From: Thermoanaerobaculia bacterium
GTDB lineage: Bacteria > Acidobacteriota > Thermoanaerobaculia > Multivoradales > UBA5704
Assembly (NCBI GenBank): GCA_038248205.1
Contig: JBBRUC010000001.1
Location: forward strand, 32,480 to 96,479
Length of the DNA stretch: 64,000 nt
Direction of reading: 5' to 3'
Shown here: positions 59,663-64,000 of the stretch, one piece after another
Numbering within the stretch: the stretch's first letter is position 1
Layout of the letters: every line of letters starts with the position of its first letter
The notes under the pieces: generated by a model
Seen by the model: only the letters and a program-made list of their open reading frames with translations
The model's database searches: none
What the model was told of the DNA's origin: nothing
Program-made: the position numbers and the translations under genes

Positions 59663-61051
59663 TCAGGGATACGACTCAGACTCCGGGATGAGCGGCACCG
59701 GATGATTGCCTGTTTGCGGCCGCTCGATCCTGTCGCCGTTGAATAAACAGGGTTCTAGATTGTATAAGGGAGAGATATACCTCCCTTCATAGTTCAACAT
59801 CGCCATCACAATTCTCTTCAGCAGCTCCTCCGCGATGTCACTCGCACGATTTATGCGGCCCCGATTCTTTCCGATCTTCTCCAGGAACCCTCGATGAACA
59901 AGATCGTTTCGGCAGCCTACAACGACATGTCGCAGTTCACGTTCATCGATATCATTTACCGGAACCTTGTAGTGCTCCATAAGCTGTCGCACCTTGTCGA
60001 AAAACGTGGGCCTGTTTAAATTTGCGAGACTCTTGTTTAGGCTTTCTTTTTGCGTTGGCTCCAAGACTCCGCTTTCGACTAGGCCAGCAAGAGCCTCACG
60101 TAGCCGCGGCACTACCTTTGAACTGAATATTTTCTTGGGGATCAAGGGACTGGCTTTGTTTTCAAAGGTAGAGACCAGCAACTCTAGTGCAATTATCTGG
60201 TTTAAAATTCTCGTTTCCGCATATGGCGCCGGAGCAAGCATCCATGAAAGTGCAACGTCGAGCTTGGTCTGAAGAATAAGATCCCGCGTGCAGGACTGAA
60301 CTGCGAGCTGAAGTACGGGCTCGAGGTCAAGGTGAGGAAAGAGCTGAGCTAAGACTGCGTCGCTGAGGCTGTGAGAACGGATCCTTTTGGAGACCAGGTC
60401 GTCACCTACTGCTACTTCCCGAGCGGTCCACATGAGCCAGCGTCCCTGTGCCAATGACAGTACGTTGAGGACTCTCTCGGCAAGGTCATCACTGGCTTTA
60501 ATCCATTCGTCAAGGCTGAGATCGACGTTCTTCACTATTCGAATTGCGCCAAATTTTTCCATTGCCGCCGCAACACTGGAAGTTGCGCTGGTGAAAAGCG
60601 TACCTACCGTAGTGTCAACTGGTCGATGAGGGAATCCGAGTTGGCCAAGTGATAAGTAGGTAGCAGAGACATCCCTTTCTGCTGTACACGCGGGAGACGG
60701 CCGCTCGAGATTAAGCTCGGAAACAGAAACCATCGGTTGAAGAGTAACCGCCCCAGGAGTGGAAGATGTAACCAAGTTTTCCAGGTGCGCGAATTCCGAA
60801 TATACCTTTAGACCACATGCTGACAGCCCTGATAGATGAAAATATGGACGTTGCCGATTATTGCTTTGTAGTAAGTCATGCCACAGCTTCCAGTGGGCAC
60901 ACCACTCTCTGTTGGACGATTGGACAGCATCGATCTCTAACGTGATTTCCCCTAACTGGCCGATTTTGACGCGGAAGCTCACTCTTAGCTCAATCCCCGC
61001 CCAGGACAAGATACCTTCGCGTACTTCAATTGACTGAGTCGTCTCTATCAT
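59663..61051 (-). CDS. Hypothetical protein with a C-terminal HEPN-like Rx4H motif, encoded on a low-GC island (candidate Abi/defense or toxin protein)
   Basis: About 50% GC over 59700..61050 versus about 68% elsewhere. The C-terminal segment ELRHVVVGCRNDLVHRGF carries an R-x4-H motif characteristic of HEPN RNase folds. No other recognizable domain. Start uncertain: ATG 61051, while the track ORF extends to 61219. Confidence 0.45.
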   Translation of the reverse strand: MIETTQSIEVREGILSWAGIELRVSFRVKIGQLGEITLEIDAVQSSNREWCAHWKLWHDLLQSNNRQRPYFHLSGLSACGLKVYSEFAHLENLVTSSTPGAVTLQPMVSVSELNLERPSPACTAERDVSATYLSLGQLGFPHRPVDTTVGTLFTSATSSVAAAMEKFGAIRIVKNVDLSLDEWIKASDDLAERVLNVLSLAQGRWLMWTAREVAVGDDLVSKRIRSHSLSDAVLAQLFPHLDLEPVLQLAVQSCTRDLILQTKLDVALSWMLAPAPYAETRILNQIIALELLVSTFENKASPLIPKKIFSSKVVPRLREALAGLVESGVLEPTQKESLNKSLANLNRPTFFDKVRQLMEHYKVPVNDIDERELRHVVVGCRNDLVHRGFLEKIGKNRGRINRASDIAEELLKRIVMAMLNYEGRYISPLYNLEPCLFNGDRIERPQTGNHPVPLIPESESYP

Positions 61052-61097
61052 TCGCCAGTGAACCTTTTTCTGTCCCACCACCGGCGGACCCGGCCGC

Positions 61098-61394
61098 TCA
61101 AGTCGTAGGGCAGCACGTCCGGCTCGCTTGTCCGAGCAACTCGATGAAAGCCTCAACGGAGAGGTCGGCCAGTTTCGCGGCTTGCGCCAGCGTCGCCTGT
61201 CCGGCTTCGTAGACATCAAGGGCCACGGCCCGATGGACTCCGTGAGCTAGCAGGCGCTCTCCGAAGGGAATCGCCAGAATGGCAGGCCGACCGTTCTTCG
61301 TGATGATCGATAGCTTTCCCGCCTCAGCGTCCCGAAGCAATTCTCCTGAACGAAGCCGGAGGTCGCGGGCGGTGAAAACGCCAAAGCGTTCCAT
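61098..61394 (-). CDS. Phd/YefM-like antitoxin N-terminal domain fused to a UPF0175-like C-terminal domain
   Basis: MERFGVFTARDLRLRSGELLRDAEAGKLSIITKNGRPAILAIPF shows the Phd/YefM pattern. AVALDVYEAGQATLAQAAKLADLSVEAFIELL is UPF0175-like. GGAAGGAAGAG Shine-Dalgarno before ATG 61394. Confidence 0.5.
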   Translation of the reverse strand: MERFGVFTARDLRLRSGELLRDAEAGKLSIITKNGRPAILAIPFGERLLAHGVHRAVALDVYEAGQATLAQAAKLADLSVEAFIELLGQASRTCCPTT

Positions 61395-61482
61395 AGGTCT
61401 CTTCCTTCCCATTGTGCCGTCAAAGCGTAGCGCCACACCGGCGCTGGGGGTATCGTGCGCCGCGCCAACGCCCGGAGGCGAC

Positions 61483-61785
61483 TCAGCTGACCGAGCGCCC
61501 ACGCAGCCAACGCCCGAGGGAGGATTGGCTCTCGCCCGAAGGGCGGCCGAGGATCAAGCCCTCGACGCTGATGTCCTCGTCCAGGTCGGGCCAGTGGATT
61601 CCCTCGCCCCCCTGGATCAAGCGCCAGTGCGCTCGCTCAGCGGGGCTGCCGCGGAGAAGTCGCGGATACCATCCCAGCGGCACAGAGATCGTTCGGCCAT
61701 CTAGCAGGTCGACGGTCAGGGCTTCGTCTGTGACTGAGAGGCCCAACGCTTTCCCAACCTTGGGTTCATACGCCAAAGAACTCAT
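61483..61785 (-). CDS. DUF2442 domain protein
   Basis: LTVDLLDGRTISVPLGWYPRLLRGSPAERAHWRLIQGGEGIHWPDLDEDISVEGL matches the DUF2442 pattern. Confidence 0.6.
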   Translation of the reverse strand: MSSLAYEPKVGKALGLSVTDEALTVDLLDGRTISVPLGWYPRLLRGSPAERAHWRLIQGGEGIHWPDLDEDISVEGLILGRPSGESQSSLGRWLRGRSVS

Positions 61786-62002
61786 TCCAGCTCCCTAAGA
61801 GGTCGTCTTTGTGATCCTCGATCATCTGTTGCAGCCGAGCGAGCTCAACCCGGCTGAAGCCTTCGCTGGAGTGGAGGCGAACCGGCAAGAGCCAAAACTT
61901 GGCCTCGCCCCCAGCGCTCTCTACGTGCACATGCGGCGGCTCGCTTCGGTCGCCCGAGTAGAAGAAGAAGCGGTACGAACCGCTGCGCAAGATCGTCGGC
62001 AT
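61766..62002 (-). CDS. DUF4160 domain protein
   Basis: MPTILRSGSYRFFFYSGDRSEPPHVHVESAGGEAKFWL matches the DUF4160 pattern. It overlaps the downstream DUF2442 gene by 20 nt, forming the common DUF4160/DUF2442 two-gene module. Confidence 0.6.
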   Translation of the reverse strand: MPTILRSGSYRFFFYSGDRSEPPHVHVESAGGEAKFWLLPVRLHSSEGFSRVELARLQQMIEDHKDDLLGSWNEFFGV

Positions 62003-62257
62003 GAGACATGACTCTAGGCGAAGGGCCGAAAGGGAGCGTAAGTCTCGTTACCCCCGGTGTCAATCCGCCCGTCCTGCCTGCGCAATCGGCTGCGGGTCCA
62101 TTGCGCCGAACCTGACCCGCAGGGGGAGAGACGCCCCAGGACGTGACCACAGACTTGCCCGGGTCCACCGACGTCGGGGCGTCTCCAGCGCACCAACGAC
62201 CACCGGCGCCAGCTACATGGACAGACGGCGACACACGCGGCCCCGGCGCCCTGGCGG

Positions 62258-62824
62258 CTAACCGCGCAGGCGCTGCACGAGGTGGGCAGCGCATCGCGGC
62301 AGCAGCAGCCCGCCTTGGATCAATATGTATCCGCAGGCGACAAACAGCACGACGAACTTGATTCCGGCCGCCAGGCTCGCGCCGACGACGTCGAGCTTCG
62401 TGGCGCCCTGGTCGAGCATGCGCAGCATGAACAGGTTCTCGGTGGCATCCAGGGGGAGTGCGGCGAGCACCGACCAGGCGATGACGAACCCGATCGGCCC
62501 GCCAAAACTTTTCGGGGAGCGCGCCAGCAGGGAACAGGCGAGCGAAAAGGCCAGCGGGTAGAGCACCAGGAACCCGAAGTCCCAATGGATCTGCTTGCGG
62601 GCGAGATCGAGTTGGTTGGCGTCGGCCCAGGACTGACGAATCGCATCGGCACGATCCGGGGTCCAGGCAAGCTCGTACGAGACCACGGCGTGCGTCGCCA
62701 CGCGATTATTGAGGTCCTTGCCTTGCTTGCCGAGAGCCAAGGAGTAACAGACGGTCGCAACCGCGAGAACCAAAAACAGCACCCAGCGAGCTGGACCCTG
62801 GAGAAACGCAAAGGGGTCGCTCAT
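62258..62824 (-). CDS. Hypothetical integral membrane protein
   Basis: 188 aa with about 5 predicted TM helices. No identifiable family. Confidence 0.45.
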   Translation of the reverse strand: MSDPFAFLQGPARWVLFLVLAVATVCYSLALGKQGKDLNNRVATHAVVSYELAWTPDRADAIRQSWADANQLDLARKQIHWDFGFLVLYPLAFSLACSLLARSPKSFGGPIGFVIAWSVLAALPLDATENLFMLRMLDQGATKLDVVGASLAAGIKFVVLFVACGYILIQGGLLLPRCAAHLVQRLRG

Positions 62825-63077
62825 CTCTCTTCACCTCCCGAGAGTAATGACAGACCCTACGCCAGTTTTACGCCAAGATTTTCTGCCCGGCGCGGACCTG
62901 CGCGAATCGAGCCGAACAACGCCGGGAGACGGAAACCCCTCCGCCCTGGGGACGACCTCGCAGATCTCGGCGATCCACGGCAAGCGAAGCGAACGGCGAA
63001 TTCCCCGCGGCGTAACCTTCCGGGCCGCCACTCAGTTGCGTGGCGACCCGGAAGGTGTCGATCTATTTTTCTCCTGC

Positions 63078-63272
63078 CTAGGCCGAAACCGCCCGTCCCT
63101 CGACCCGGGCGGGTGGCGGGGGGAGAGGGTGGCCGCAGCCGAGGCCGGTTCCTCCGGGGGAGGCGGTGGCAAGGTCCGTCCGGTGCTCGGCGCAGAGGCC
63201 GATCGAGCAGTGCGGGCAGAGGGCGACCGCCTCGGTGGCGCGGCCCGCTTCGTTACAGAGATAGCAGCGCAT
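63078..63272 (-). CDS. Small Cys-rich zinc-ribbon-like protein (64 aa) immediately downstream of the catalase
   Basis: MRCYLCNEAGRATEAVALCPHCSIGLCAEH carries a CxxC...CxxC pattern. GGAGGTGGG Shine-Dalgarno before ATG 63272. It begins 5 bp after the catalase stop. Confidence 0.45.
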   Translation of the reverse strand: MRCYLCNEAGRATEAVALCPHCSIGLCAEHRTDLATASPGGTGLGCGHPLPPPPARVEGRAVSA

Positions 63273-63276
63273 GGCT

Positions 63277-64000
63277 TTAGCCCACCTCCGCCAGCTCGGG
63301 CTCCCGGACGCAACCGATCGCCCCGGGGGCCATCGCCGCGATCTCGGCGCCGGAGATGCCAAGCTCCGCGGCGACCCGCATGCCGTAGTCGGGATCGGCG
63401 CGGAAGAAGTGGCAGAGCTGCAGCATCTGCACCTCGCGCCGCGCCTGCGAGAGCGGTCCGGCGATCGCCTTGGCCAACCGGTCGCGCTCCCCTTCGTCGA
63501 ACAGCCGGAAGAGATTGCCCGGCTGGGTGTAGTCGTCATTGCCGATCCGATGGTCATAGCGATCGGCCACCACGTCACCGAGCGGCATCGGCGGCTCGGC
63601 GTACTGGGGCGCCTCGCGCGGCGTACCCGGCACGGTGTTGGGGAAGTAGTTGGGCGAAGAGCCCCCCTGGCCGACCGACATCACCCCGTCGCGCTGGTAG
63701 TTCATGACCGGGCAGCGTGGTTTGTTGACCGGCAGCTGGTGGTAGTTCGTCCCGATCCGATAGCGGTGGGCGTCGGCGTAGCTCATCAGCCGGGCCTGGA
63801 GCATCTTGTCGGGGCTCCAGGAAATGCCCGGCACCGTAGCGCTGGGCGAGAACGACGCCTGCTCGACCTCGGCGAAGTAATTCTCCGGATTGCGGTTGAG
63901 CTCCAGGATGCCGACCTCGATCAGTGGAAACTCGCCGTGCGGCCAGACCTTGGTCAGATCGAACGGGTTGAACCGGAACTCCTCCGCCTGGACCTCGGTC
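63277..64000 (-). CDS. katA: Catalase (monofunctional heme catalase), C-terminal part; the gene continues past the window end
   Basis: Reverse-strand translation to the window edge gives FNPFDLTKVWPHGEFPLIEVGILELNRNPENYFAEVEQASFSPSATVPGISWSPDKMLQARLMSYADAHRYRIGTNYHQLPVNKPRCPVMNYQRDG, a canonical catalase core/C-terminal sequence. Confidence 0.9.
   Translation of the reverse strand, partial: TEVQAEEFRFNPFDLTKVWPHGEFPLIEVGILELNRNPENYFAEVEQASFSPSATVPGISWSPDKMLQARLMSYADAHRYRIGTNYHQLPVNKPRCPVMNYQRDGVMSVGQGGSSPNYFPNTVPGTPREAPQYAEPPMPLGDVVADRYDHRIGNDDYTQPGNLFRLFDEGERDRLAKAIAGPLSQARREVQMLQLCHFFRADPDYGMRVAAELGISGAEIAAMAPGAIGCVREPELAEVG

Noticed and set aside
62847-63707. 286-aa plus-strand ORF overlapping the catalase 3' end and the small Cys-rich gene
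   Set aside because: It lies antisense to a canonical catalase sequence and its translation is Arg/Pro-rich low complexity.

Overview
This is a 64-kb window of high-GC (about 68%) DNA from a Gram-negative bacterium, judged from bamD, cpoB/ybgF and outer-membrane barrel proteins. The phylum is not certain but looks Acidobacteriota-, Gemmatimonadota- or Myxococcota-like.

The first 19 kb is housekeeping: a PMT/ArnT-like glycosyltransferase, a SAM methyltransferase, a PhyH oxygenase, lon, an S10 peptidase, nfo, a PASTA protein, rpe, bamD, cpoB, a LysM protein, tmk-holB, a GT4 glycosyltransferase, hemolysin III and a CIRCE-controlled groES-groEL pair.

From 19 to 64 kb the content is accessory:
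- A kinase-associated (paeninodin-like) lasso peptide cluster: candidate precursor, Asn-synthetase-like cyclase, HprK-like kinase, B1 (PqqD-like RRE) and B2 protease, followed by a small outer-membrane barrel.
- Three tandem paralogous genes, two of them about 6 kb, for giant secreted repeat proteins. They combine SdrD-B/Cna-B-like Ca-binding repeats with an unrecognised roughly 200-aa Cys-bounded repeat and conserved N- and C-terminal domains of unknown function. SARP-style heptad direct repeats at 11-bp spacing sit upstream of the two large genes.
- A divergent AfsR-like SARP-ATPase regulator and a predicted Ser/Thr pseudokinase.
- A metal ABC importer (outer-membrane protein, ZnuA-like, ZnuB-like, no ATPase) and an MsbA-like ABC exporter.
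- A fusion protein (PqqD-like RRE, E1/ThiF-like domain, flavin-dependent Trp-halogenase-like domain) immediately upstream of a 72-aa precursor-like ORF with 11 Cys and 2 Trp in its core, then an S9 peptidase. This is a candidate undescribed RiPP system.
- A YtrA-like GntR/ABC operon.
- A roughly 1.4-kb low-GC island encoding a HEPN-motif protein, flanked by Phd-like and DUF4160/DUF2442 toxin-antitoxin-like genes.
- A catalase gene running off the window end.

Many antisense ORFs in the supplied track are GC-driven shadows and were not called.
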